From positions 6,014,001-6,078,000 of the forward strand of contig OU015566.1 of NCBI GenBank assembly GCA_907165135.1: a DNA stretch of 64,000 bases, read 5' to 3'. Origin of the DNA: Oikopleura dioica. Lineage: Eukaryota; Animalia; Chordata. A model generated the notes under the pieces. The model did not search any database. It saw only the letters and a list, made by a program, of their open reading frames with translations, and had not been told where the DNA came from. Of the stretch, positions 24,455 through 36,342 are shown in pieces (the first letter of the stretch is position 1; each line of letters starts with the position of its first letter). Made by a program: the position numbers and the translations under genes.

Positions 24455-24789
24455 ACATCGTTATTCGCTTTCTTGTTCATAATAAATTCATCAAAAATAA
24501 TCAACCTCGAGTTTTTCTAGTTTTGAAATTTGAGTTTTCTTATAGTAAAAAAATATTTGAAAAGGAAAGCGGCTAAAGGTGAAATTGGAATGATTATTAT
24601 CGTTATCATCAAAAACAAGGGGAGTTACGTTATCTTGTCGAATGGAATAACAAAGAAGCGTGTTAGAAGCTGTCGGTCCATCGCTTAGTATTGACTATCA
24701 ATAAAAATTACCGTATTGATAAAAAAAAAAGCTCGTTTCCACAAATGCTTGTGTTAGATCAAAGAAATAAGCAGGCATCATCAATTTAT

Positions 24790-26860
24790 TCAGAAGCGAA
24801 TCAGACCCTTGTCTTTTTTCGTAGTTCCCTTGGATAATAAATATTGGCAGCTCCAGAAACAATCTCAAAGGTCATTTTTTCGTCGTCTCCATCGACTAAC
24901 TTTTTGTGTTTTTCAAAAATTATTTCTTCAGTTGATTAAAAAAATTCTTGAAAAACATTCCAGAATTCCAAGCAACTCTTCTTGAATCGGTTTCAAAATG
25001 GTAAAATAATCAAATGCTTCTGCTGGATTCAAGGGATGGTTCATGTTTCGCAGCGTCGGATTCGGAATTTCGCCCATTCCAGAGATGAAATAATGTGTAC
25101 GCTTGTGGAACCAGTGTTGCATGTTATGGTCGTGCCCGCATAAATACGCGTCTACGTGGTACTTTTCCAGCAGCGGCTGAAATGATTGATAAGAGGGAGC
25201 GTAAATTGTCACGAATGTCACGAATGTCATGACTGTCATAAAAACATGTTTCTTTTTCGTGACATTTTCAGCAAAATCGTGACGTCCGTGACATTCGTGA
25301 CATTCGTGACATTTTCAGTACCGACCGAATTTTAGGTGCTAACCCTAACCCTAACTAAAATCATAAAAGGCCTTGATACCTGAAGAGTTTCAACAAGAGC
25401 AGATGTCGGCCCATGAGTAGAAACACTGTAAACCGGATGATGTCCAGAAACGATCAGATAATCAGCATCGCTATTAGCCAGCTCTTCCTCTAGCCAAGCA
25501 TTCTGTTCAGCCCGGTAGTCCCGATCGGGATAGCCCGGGAGTTGATGAGTTTCGCGAGAGTTCATCATCACCATTGTGTCGATCATGATCATTTTGAACG
25601 AAAAGCTTTCTTTTTCGATCGTGAAGGAGTACCATAGATCTGGAATTTTGAACGTCGTTTCCATCAAATTCGAATAGAGAACCTTAATTTTCCTCGTTGT
25701 TCTCAAAGAACTGGATGTTGAACCTGAGCAGTAGCGTTGTCTCGGTGATCATGATTGCCAAGACATTGGTAAAAGTCAAGCGTTTTGAGAACTTCTCGTT
25801 CTGATGCTTTTCCGTAAACAAGCTCGTAGGTGAAATGAAATCTGGTGTCATCTATGTCTTTTACTCCTTCTGTGTAGAAATTGTCGCCCAAGGAGAGCAA
25901 AAAATCACATGTTTTTTCGCCGCAAAGTCGATCTTAAAAACAAACTACAGTGGAGTAACTTAAGGGGGGAGTCGTCAATATGGAAAATTTTCAATTTTGA
26001 AAATTTTGACCAGATTTTTGAATTCCTCGTCAAAAACTAAATCTTTTTGGTCGCGAGCTTTTTTTGATTGGTCCACGGAAAACCTGCTAAAAATCGACTT
26101 AAATTTTTAAAATGAGTGCGCGGCGGGACATTGTAAGCAGCTGATTTCGGCCAAAAACAATCAAAATATCTGATTTAATCGTAAGACATCAATTTTCAAT
26201 AGTTTTTGAATCATTATTTATTAAAAATTCCGAGTCTATGCGAATCTTGATAAAAAATCGGTCGAAAACGAGTAAAAATATGGAATTTTTTGAAAATCGG
26301 ATATTTTTAATCAATAAGAAAAATTTTTTAAGGGAGTGACACTGAATTATTTGATCGCCGGTGGATTCTGAAGGGTCCAATCTATTAGTAAAAGAAATCT
26401 GATTATCGAAAAAAATTAAGGGTTCCGAGATTTTTTGGTCAAGAGACGACCCCACTTTAACCCTAATTTTTGAAAAATTTTTCAAAAATTTTTTTTTTTC
26501 TTCTTGTCGCCGGTCGAAACTCTTAACCCTTTTCTTTACACTCCAAGGTTCTTTTTGATTCAATAAAATCAGGTTTTCTCGCTTTATTGGTCAAAAGAAG
26601 TCCCAATATTGACGACCCCCCTCTTAAGGCCCCCCCATAAACATTTTCCGAAAAATTAATTTTCTGAATTTCAAATTTTTGATCCTTCATTTTTTACCCA
26701 TCGATGCAGCCCCATATTCTTGAGTGAACGTATTTCCATCAGGAAAGATGATATAATCTGATCCTCCCCAGTCTCCAATCGCCGGAAATCGAACATAGTT
26801 TTTGTTCGATTGCGCCGAAATGGCGACGTAAAATGAATAAAGTAAATTTGCTCCTCTCAT
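24790..26860 (-). CDS. ACP5: Tartrate-resistant (purple) acid phosphatase type 5
   Basis: All metal-ligand motifs present in order: GDWG, GDNFY, GNHD, VSGHHP, GHDH; N-terminal signal peptide. Confidence 0.92.
25205..25357. repeat. Intronic fold-back (tgtcacgaa)n / (ttcgtgaca)n with adjacent (CCCTAA)n
   Basis: tgtcacgaatgtcacgaatgtca ... tgacattcgtgacattcgtgaca; ctaaccctaaccctaact at 25340-25357. Confidence 0.75.
25964..26623. mobile_element. 660-bp TTAA-target (Kolobok-like) element in ACP5 intron 1
   Basis: TTAA at 25960-25963 and 26624-26627; TIR ggggggagtcgtcaatat / atattgacgacccccctc; internal similarity to 56186-56845. Confidence 0.8.
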
Positions 26861-27922
26861 TTTCAGATTTTTTATTGAAAAGAAAATGGAGTAGTAAGAG
26901 TTCACAGATGGCCAGTTCCCAGTTTTAATAGCAAAAGTTGCTCATTACACGCCTTTTTCTGGAAACACCAGAAAAAAATCTGATTCGCTGAAAATATAGA
27001 AATTTTTCGATTATTTTTTTGCCTTTCATCTCATGAAGCTCAAAAGCTTATTTATTCTTCTTTTTATCCCGGTAGGGACTGTTTCGCCAGTTTTGCTCAA
27101 TTTAAAGATCTGAAGATTAAGTCTGATTTCTTCAATGGCTCCCTCGGCAATCCGATTGCCTCCATAAAAGGACCAGGACGAATGTTCATTTCCAGCTTTC
27201 TGGCGCTAGAAATGGCCGTTAGTTAAGTTAATTTAAAGCGTAACAAAACCATTGTCAAAGCGAGTAAACAGAGAATATGCTCAAAAAGTGTTAAAAAGCG
27301 CGAAGGAAAACGAAAAGAAAAGGAAGAGAAAAAAGCTCCGAAATTCCGTAAGTTAAATATGGGAGAAACTCGGCGAGTCGACTTCACGAAATCAACTTTT
27401 CTCCGATATTTCTTAAGGACAGTCTCTAGGACCCCCGACTTTGACGAAATTTTCGATTTCTCCCTCTAGAGTCTAGACCCTTAAGACATCAAATAATTTA
27501 AGTAAATAAGAGTAGCTCAAAAAGAGCTCTAGTGCAAAAAATGATTAACTCGGGGATACCCTTAAGTTTTCACTCTTAAATTAAGGAAGAAAGGCTTCAA
27601 ACAGCGATTTAAACACGAAGCCCTTAAGATTATTGAAATTTTTCTTTCGTTTTATATTTGTTTCTGATTTATAGTATAAATTTTTTACATTCAAGCTCTT
27701 ATTTTGGTTGGCAGCGCGTAAAATACTCCATTGTCAAAAATTATCAGTTATTTTTCTTGAGAAAAGCGGAGTCAAATCAACTTTGTCTTTTTCATGGTCG
27801 GCTTAAATTTAAAAGCACAAATTATCTTTGAGAATTACGACTTTAAAGCTTTAACTTTAATGAAAAAATAAAGAAGTTTTTTTGAGGGCTGATTTCTCAA
27901 AAGATTAATTAGAATAAAAAGA

Positions 27923-30759
27923 ATGCTGAATGAGAAAAAATCGAGAAAATATGATGATTTTAGGATGAGCAACCGACCGACTTTGCACGCGCTTTTCATC
28001 GGAATTATTATTGGAATCTTCATCAACAACATTTATTTGACGCTGCCGAAATATCTTGAGTTTGAAAATGTTAATAGAAAAATCAAAAGCGAGAGAAACC
28101 TCGAAATCGCCGAAGAAAACAAAGAACAAGAAGAACTACATATTATTGAAAAAACGCCAAAAATTGAATATGACTTTTCAACGCCGAGTTTTAAACGAAT
28201 CGAGGAAGTTTTAAAAAACGACGAGTTCAAGTCGATTTCGGCCTGGGACAAGTCGGTGCCGAGAGAATTCATGGTCGTCAAAGACTTGTATTCGGAAGAT
28301 AAGTGCAACTGCAATGATGGATTCATTTACAGCGAGAAAAATACGGTGGATTTTGAAAATACGTCTGTGAGGAGAAATGAAGATTACAAAAACTATGTTC
28401 GAAATCATATTTTTGATTATGTCAAATCGCCGCTGCACGTAACTGGTGCTTTTACGTGAGTTAAAAATTCTTTTATTGTAAAGCCGGATTTCGAGCATGA
28501 CAGAAATTTATTTTTAAGGAGGTAGATATCAAGAATCGGGATTTTCTGGCAGATTTTTCTCCCAATCCTATCATAGTGACCGATGATTTTTTTGTTTTAA
28601 TAAAGAGTTGAGGCCCTTATCTCGTGCCTATGGAAGGCCGATTTCAAAATTTCCAGAAAAAAATCGTAAAAAATAGCGTTGAAAACTCGGAAATTGCTAA
28701 AAATGACCATTTTCTTGGCAGACTTTTCTCGAAACCCTTATATAGGGCGGAATTTATTTTCTTCTGAGAAGTTAGATAAGACCCTTGTCTAGATCCTTTG
28801 GAAGCCAGAATTTAAAATTTCAAAAATTCTTTTGAGAAAAAAATCAATTTTCTGTTATTCACGATTTTCAACGAAAATATAAAATTTTGAAATTTTATTC
28901 AGCAGTATTAAAATCATTCTATAAATGTTCCCAGGGGTTTCTGTTTATATTTTTTGGACGAAAACTAAGTAATTACTTATTTAATTACTAAAAATTGGTC
29001 GATCTATTATAAAACAGGCAAATTTTCGAGATTTTAGAGGCAATTTTGTGAAAAATCACGTAGTCCAATCAAAAAATTTTTGCTTACAAGTTTTCTCGTT
29101 GACCTCGAAACTATACGTAGAAAAAGTTTGAGGCGAAAAAATGGAAAATTTTTTTTTTTGATATCTACCTCCTTAAGGTCATCTGAGAGATAAAAAATCC
29201 AATATTAGCATATCGCCGATAGGCTTTCGTAGCGACACCCTTAAAAAATTTGCCCTCGGGGAATATTTAAGCTTTATTATTGGTTTAAAATATTTATGAA
29301 ATCTTAAGGGTATCAACCCATAATCCACGTTTGAAAACTTGATTCCGACATCATGGGGGGTCCTTAGGTCAGTTGTAAATTAAGGCCGATCGAATTCGTC
29401 TCAGCTGGCTACGAAATCGCCCCAGACGAGTTGTTCTCCCCTCACATCATCATCAAGCTCCCTTTGGACTGTTTAGTCAGGATCAAATTCGAAAGCACTG
29501 TCGGTGAATTTCTGATCGACGGGGAAATCGTCAACCTTGAAAGTTCGGAATCGATGACGGTGGAAAAAGCAAATCAGCTTTTGGAGAAAATCATGTATAA
29601 ATCGAAATTTTACGATGCGAGAATGATCAAAGACATTGTCAAATTTTCCGTTGTCGAAGGCACTTGTTGACGAAAATTATGTTTTGATAGATTTCCTGGC
29701 ATTTACAAAGCCACCATGATCGTCAACGAAAGATAAAGTCACGTCGGAAATCAGCTACAAAATCTCCTTTCCCGTGACAATCAAGCGCCTCGCCCTGCCG
29801 CTGCTAACTTACAGAACTGGCGACAGTATAAATGACCGAGTCACGATTTTGACAAAGACGCTCTTTCGATATCCTTGCTTGTACCGCTTCCTCGATTCTG
29901 TTTTGGAAAAGTATCCTGGAATCACAATCATCGTAGCTGATGACAACCCGGATGATACTTTTGAAGTCATTTCTAGAGAAAAATATCCAAGGAACGGATC
30001 CAGTTTCTTGAGTTAAACCCTGAGTAGAAACCTGAGCCAGAGCCCTAAAAGCACTGCTGAAGCTCTTTCGGAGCCCTGACTCAGGTTTCCACACAGGTTT
30101 TCTATCCCTAGAACAAAGAGATCCCCCTAAAAGCGTGAAACAATACAAAATGCCGGCGGAAGAAGGCTGGTTCGCCGGCCGAGCAATGGCCATTTCCCAA
30201 GTGCGAACTGACTACTTCGTCTGGTGCGATGACGACTTCATCTTTTACGAAGAAAGCGACATGGAATACATGGTCGACGTGCTCGACAAATCAGGCTTCG
30301 ACATCGTCGGTGGAGGAGTGGACACGCACGAGCGCAACGCTTGGCAGAGCTCGGATTTTATCGAAATCAAAACCAGTCCGGAGGGTTTTTGCTACATTCG
30401 GAAGCCGTTTCCGACGCTGATTGAGGGTCGCTTGGTGCGGAAAAGCTTCAATCCATGTAAGTTACTTTTCACTGTTTTTTTTCACTGAAAATTTCAGCAT
30501 GTTCGCTACTGTCCAAAAGATGAGCACTCAGAAGAGCGACTCAAACTTTACAACCACAGGCGGAATGTTTCTGAGGAAGACAAAGGAGGTGAGAATAGAC
30601 CAAAAACTTCTATAAACTCTTTCGTCTTAAGCCTTCAACAAGCAGATGAACACCTTCTGGTTTTACAGAAATCACATGAAGTGCAAGAGGACCGTCCATC
30701 TCAAAGAACCGACCAGAAAAAGACGCTCAAGTTTTGATTTTACTGATTATTTTTATTAA
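27923..30759 (+). CDS. Beta-1,4-N-acetylgalactosaminyltransferase-like (B4GALNT1/2 family), type II membrane; C-terminal catalytic segment appears shortened
   Basis: N-terminal TM LFIGIIIGIFINNIYL; VTILTKTLFRYPCL, IIVADD, GWFAGRAMAISQVRTDYFVWCDDDFIF; terminal FWFYRNHMKC. Confidence 0.85.
28518..29172. mobile_element. 655-bp TTAA-target (Kolobok-like) element in B4GALNT intron 1
   Basis: TTAA at 28514-28517 and 29173-29176; TIR ggaggtagatatcaa / ttgatatctacctcc. Confidence 0.85.
29992..30133 (+). mobile_element. CCTGAGTCAGG-family MITE forming a GA-AG intron in B4GALNT
   Basis: aaaccctgagtagaaacctgagccagagc / gccctgactcaggtttccacacaggtttt inverted arms plus ggatc/gatcc ends; removal restores EKYP-S-VKQYKMP. 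Confidence 0.75.
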
Positions 30760-31025
30760 GCGGAATCAAGTTCAGTATTTATCATCCTGCCAATAGCTTC
30801 TGAATAAAAAGAAAGAGAGAGTTAAAAAAAACGTGACAAATTTGCTTTTCCCGAGAAAATTCTCTTTGTACGACAATGTTATGGCAAATTGTCATTGTCG
30901 ACGTAAACTCTTGGTCCGGCAAGTTGATATCGGTAGCATGAAGCACTCTTAATTTTCAAGTGGATGATCACGTGTAACGACCAGCTGTTTATCTAGTTTT
31001 TTGAAAGAGCGGGAGGACTTTATTG

Positions 31026-31330
31026 TTAAAAATCGTGGTAGATAATGACTCGAACACTCGAACTTGGTACGGGGGTTAGTTCAGTTATACGCAGGGTGGT
31101 TGCTTCAAATGTTGTTATGATCGTTGATACGGCGGTTCCTTCAGTTGTTGGTACGGTTGTTTGAACGGAGCCTAATTCAGTCGTCGGTACGGTCGTTGGT
31201 ACAGTGGTTTGTTCAATTTTTGTTTCGGTCGTCAATTCGGTCGTTTGTTCAGTCGTTAGTTCTGTCGTTGGTACGGGGGTTGTTTCAGTTATTGGCTTGG
31301 TCGTTGTTTGAGTTACGGCAACAGTTGAAA
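31026..31330 (-). CDS. Mucin-like Thr/Pro-rich exon
   Basis: VSTVAVTQTTTKPITETTPVPTTELTTEQTTELTTETKIEQTTVPTT...; flanking exons not resolved. Confidence 0.5.
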
Positions 31331-32244
31331 CGCAATATCATATGAATAAAGGAATATAGGCAAAGAATTTGATTAACCTGACCCAATCCCTGGTCACTTT
31401 GCTATTGAATCATCCCGGCATTTGCGAATGCCAATATAGTTATTTTCCTCTTTTGTGGACATTTTTTGTCCCAAATTTTCACAAAAATGTCCACAAAAGT
31501 GGGCAACAGTCTTCCAAAAAATGTCCCGCTGTAGGGGCTTAAAATTTTTCTTCGATAAAATTTTCTTCGAAAAATGGCAAATTTCATCATTGAACCGCAT
31601 TTTTTGCCTTTTTTTTACCATTTTTGGTCAATTAAACAGTAAAAGCCATTGATTTTTTATAAAAAAATCCTGATTTTAAAAAAAATGTATTCCTATAAAA
31701 ATAATGAAAACTCGCATGACGATGCAAAATCCTATCATGTAATATATTTTCTTGCATTTTATATCATAATATAAATAGCGCATCCGATGGCAAGCGAGAG
31801 CTAAAAAAATTCTAAAACTTGACTTCTCCAATCTGTATGTTGTCGTGATCTGGAAGAAACGATATATTTTAAGCCAGCATATCTCTAAGTCATTGCTTTA
31901 GAAAGACGAAAATTAAGAAGATTTAAATTTTAAAAAACGAATTATTTGACAAATAATTGACGAACAACTAGATAAATGCTCCAGCTCTAATAATAAAGTC
32001 TGCTCAGAGCAGCTCAACTACCTTGAAAAAATGAATTTTGATGCAGTAAGAGGGGTAAGAAAGAAAAAAAAAAACTATAAATAAGGCTTATGTTACTAAA
32101 AATTGGCAAAATCTCGGCATTTCTGGTCCGTTTTTGCGATAAAAAAATTTTATTTTCATATTTTTCACTTTAAGGGGGGTCGAGTTAAACGGTAAGAGTC
32201 GATATTTGCACTTTTTGATTTTTGAGATTTTTGACAATATGTTA

Positions 32245-32354
32245 TCCTGGTTTGGTAAAAATCATGGTTTGGTAAAATTTCTGATTTGGTAAGACTTCGG
32301 AAACTTTACCAAACCAGGATTTCTACCAAACCAGGAATTTTACCAAACCAGGAA
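32245..32354. repeat. Fold-back element with 3+3 inverted 18-19-bp subrepeats
   Basis: (cctggtttggtaaaa)-like x3 followed by (ttttaccaaaccagg)-like x3. Confidence 0.75.
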
Positions 32355-33034
32355 ACCCAATGTAACTTACAGTCTGTTAGTCCCCATTAACCTTCAGATT
32401 TTAAACTCTTCTTTAAATTCTATATCCGAGGTCTGACCTTTTTTATTTTGTTGTCGACAGATCGAACCCCTGGAGATCTCTTGAAATCATCAAAAACAAA
32501 CGTTTTCTAGCGACATGTTTCTAGGAGGGTTTCATGCTCAGCCAAATTAGTGCATCCCGTGGTCAGCCGTCTTAATGCTTAGCCAAAATTTGTGGAATAA
32601 CTGAATAGCGCCGCCCAACGCCGCCCGATGTTGCAGTTGTCGAAGATTTCCGGCCTTTTTATGAGGATTTTTGCTCTCTCATCAACATTATCATTCTTGT
32701 AAATTTAAATAGTCGTACCATCAGAGAATGAAAAACTTATAATTTCGGGTGTCAGTACCGAAATTCTCCTGACCCATTTCGGCCATAAATTGATAAACTT
32801 GGTAAAAAGACTTAGACTTAGTAAGAAAAGGTTCATATTTTTCTCCCTTTATTTATGCCAACAACTCTGTCTATAATTTCGACAGAGCGCCCAAACAAAA
32901 AATGACTTAGTAAAAAGCTCTTTAGTCCATCGAGCGGGCAGCTTGCTACTGCCGTTTTTTCCATATAAATCGAATTCTGTTTTGTTTAGAATTATCATTT
33001 TTAAGAAGAAAAATCCAGTTCTTTCGAAAGGAGA

Positions 33035-34120
33035 ATGAGGGTAAAAGAAGATGAAGATTTTCAGATTTTTAACCAAGTTTAGATATTTCCGTCGGTACTT
33101 CTAGCTGCTCTGAATGCTCAGTCTAATCCCGAGACTGCCTGGACCACCATCCAAGTTGTGTACAACCAGCTTTACGATGGATTGCTAGCCGTCTACGCCG
33201 ACAAAAACATCCCAGCTCATAAAAAGGCAAATCGCCTCGCTGACTTTTTTAACAAAGTCAGCAAGCTCCCTGATCGAGTTCTCGAATCATGCAGCGATTA
33301 CGCTGGATCCGGTGATCCAAATGACTTCGTCGCGCCGCTCTACGATGATGAAGATATTTGCGATTCCATAAACAGTTTCATCGCATCCATCCAGAGCTTC
33401 AACCATGCCTTTGCCTGCAACGATGGGATCGCAGCTCCGCCAAAGATGAAAAGACTTCTTTGGCGGCAACGAAAGATGCTTTTTACTAGGAAGTTTAAAC
33501 AGCTTCAGTGTTACCTGTCTGAGCCACCAACTGAGCCGCCAACTGAGCCACCAACGGAGCCATCGTGCGCAACTGATCCCTGTGATGGAATCTCTGAATG
33601 TACCACCTTCATTAATGGCTGTTCGCGCGCACCAGTCAGCAACACTGTATCAAGTGCGATCTCCGCTTCTCCAAGCTACAGAATCTCGGTCGACGTTCTT
33701 TGCGACTCTTCTATGGGAGTCGACGATGAGTGGAAGAACATCATCCGAGTCGGCGATGGTGGAGAAGAAGATCTTCCAGGCAATCGACAATTTGCAATCT
33801 GGAGACATCCTAACGAGGCGAATTTGCTTCAAGTCGTCGTCAATGATGGAAGTCATTTTAGAAATTGGGTCGACAGGCAATTCCGTTGCACTGAAGGCCA
33901 ATGGAATACGTACACCGTTGTCCAGCATCAGAATTTCGAGGCGACAGGGGTTTCCTACACTCTCTTGATCGATGGCTTTCTGTTTCTTGCCGGCTCCTAT
34001 TCTGCCGCGGAAACTCCTTCAGGAACTGATCAGTTTGCGTACTACTCTGACTGGGGAGTCGCCGGCTCATCCTACCTTGTCAAGAACTTCTTTTATCAAA
34101 AGCTTTACTTTAACTCCTAA
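33035..34120 (+). CDS. Secreted protein: N-terminal 4-Cys helical domain, EPPT linker, ConA/LamG-like domain
   Basis: ATG AGG mini-exon, intron 33041-33082, IFPSVLLAALNAQ signal; 320-aa ORF; C-terminal domain homologous to the three repeats at 49879-51560. Confidence 0.8.
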
Positions 34121-34323
34121 GCGTGTATGAAGAACATTGTCGGACTCATCTTCTTTGAAATTCGTTGCTTTCGATATTTGTCTCTCCCTTTCCCTTTTAT
34201 TATTTAATAAATTGGTGAAAAAACTCGCATAATTTTTGAAATTTCGTTAATTTATATCTGGACAGAGAATTAACAAATGAATGCTTCAATTTTCATTTTG
34301 ATTTCAGAAATAATAATTGTTCA

Positions 34324-36342
34324 CTAACAGTCATCGTCCAATTTCTGCGAAAGCTGCGCTATCTTATTCGCTTGATGGTTGAGGCGAATTAAAGTCGATC
34401 TCGGATTTTCAACTCCGTCCATGCACAAGAAATTGTCGAAAAACTGCCGGGCGTTTTCAGCAAAGCTCGCTAAATTTTCGCATTTCGATTTTGACTCATC
34501 AAACTCGCTGAAATCGAAGGACTGGTATTTTGGCTGATGGAAGCCCCATTCACAGTCGCCCTCGTTTTGGAAAAAATCTTCGGAAAGAATGATGCTTTTC
34601 CAGAATCGTTGAAGTCCGTCGGTTTTCCACGGGCGGGAGCCGCGGAATTTCATCTGGTAGACGAGCTGATTGTAGAAGCTCTAAAATGAAGGATTCGACT
34701 TTTTTGAATTTTGGATCCTAGATTTCCTAAAATGGGAGCAGAACCAAAGAAAGGGAGTTATTTTCCGGATCTTGGTTTTGATTGGCCGGTTGGCCAAATA
34801 CAGCAATCTTATTGGTAATCCAAAAATGCACTTCCCTTTTTTGGTTCCGTCCTAAAAGGCCGGTTTTACCTCCATGTGAGCATGAAACGCCGCGGCACTT
34901 TCAAGAGGGCCGAAGGTTATCTGACCATCAGGGTTCTCGACGGATTCCCAAGTGAACGCAAAGCCTTTGTATCGAGCCTTTCCGTCGGATCTGAACACCA
35001 CTTCTGTTGAATCGGAGTGAATCAACACTGATTTTGGAGGAATTCTCTTCGAGCCAAAGGACAAATGTCTTTTCGACTCGTCGCCGCAGTGTTTTCTTCC
35101 GTTGATGGAGAGCCAGTTTGTGCCGCAATCGCGGCTATTCTGGATATCGAAACTCTCGAAATTGATTTTGATGATATTTCCTGGCTCGGCGTTCAGATAG
35201 TAGCTTCAAATTCAAATAGCGTTCATAAATGAAATCAAAACTGAAAACTACCGGCAGGTGGTGTCCTCTTTATATGGTTCTTGGTAGAAAGGGCTAGTGA
35301 TTCTTCCAGATCCAGACTGAGTTTCTTCACAAACCAAAGGTCGTCCCTTTTCAATTCGCAGCTTGAATCCTCTCAAAACGACGCTGTAGTCGGTCACAAA
35401 ATTGATTGTTGCTTTGTTTCCAACAACCTAAAAACAGATAAAACGAATTTTCAAAAGTCATTTTTTTTCTTACAAAAATCGGATCGTAGAAGCCGTTATC
35501 CCAGAAACTACTATCGCTACCCCCCCAGTAACTACTATCGTAGTTACTTCCATCGTCGTAGTAAGAGTCGTAAGAAGAGCTGTGGGATCGACGTTTTCTC
35601 CTCGCAGAGCTGCTGATAGAAGGTTTAAAATTCTTGTAAGAATTTTCTTATTTATTGAATGATGAACCCTTCCTCAAAGCTAACGAGGTCGTCGACGCCG
35701 TCGTCGGTGTAGTTGTCGTTGTTGTCTGCTCTGTTGTTGTCGTTGTTCCGCCAAAGGTTGTTGTTGTCGTTCCTCCAAAGGTTGTCGCATCAGTTGATGA
35801 AATGTAGTCAGAGGTCGAGTAACCCGCGGTGGTATCTGAAAAGAAACTTGAAAATTTGTTTTCAATAATAAATGGCCAAGAAAAATCCAAAAAACGAAAT
35901 TTCGGAGAATTTTTTGTCATGAGGAAAATTTTAACTTACAAATGTAGTTGGAAGTGTAAATATAGTCCGCATCTTGATTTCCGCAAAATTCGTAGTTGGC
36001 ATTCGTAGTTTCATCAATGATGGTCAGCGAGTCGTAAGGGCAGCCGCTGACTCCTTCGAGCTCGAAGAAATCCGGATGGATGTAGAAGTCGCGGACGCCT
36101 GGAATCTCGATCTCCCAAGTACAGTTGAGATTGTTAAAGTAGTGGCCTGGGTCGTCGAAGCCGGGGGAAACAATGAAGCCGGCATCGGTAATTCTCCCAC
36201 CGCAGGGGATTCTTGCTGCTCCAGCTTCTTGGACAAAATGTCCGTTTTTCTTGGCCTTAGCATGGGCGACCGCGAGAATTCCAGCGGAGATCTAAAGAAG
36301 AAATGATTACTTATTTTTCAGCAAAAAAAACTTTACCTTCAT
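34324..36342 (-). CDS. Secreted protein with two CUB domains (first with mucin/furin insert) and C-terminal 4-Cys helical domain; +1 frameshift at 35106-35108
   Basis: ATG AAG mini-exon; CGGRITDAGFIVSPGF...NLNCTWEI...CPYDSL...FCG; FVTDYSVVLRGFKL; second CUB GRITSPFY...TCRYYL...INFESFDIQ...VFRSDGKARYKGF. Confidence 0.85.

Noticed and set aside
27033-27225. Small secreted gene MKLKSLFILLFIP...
   Set aside because: The GT donor phase does not join the downstream open frame without a stop; not supportable.
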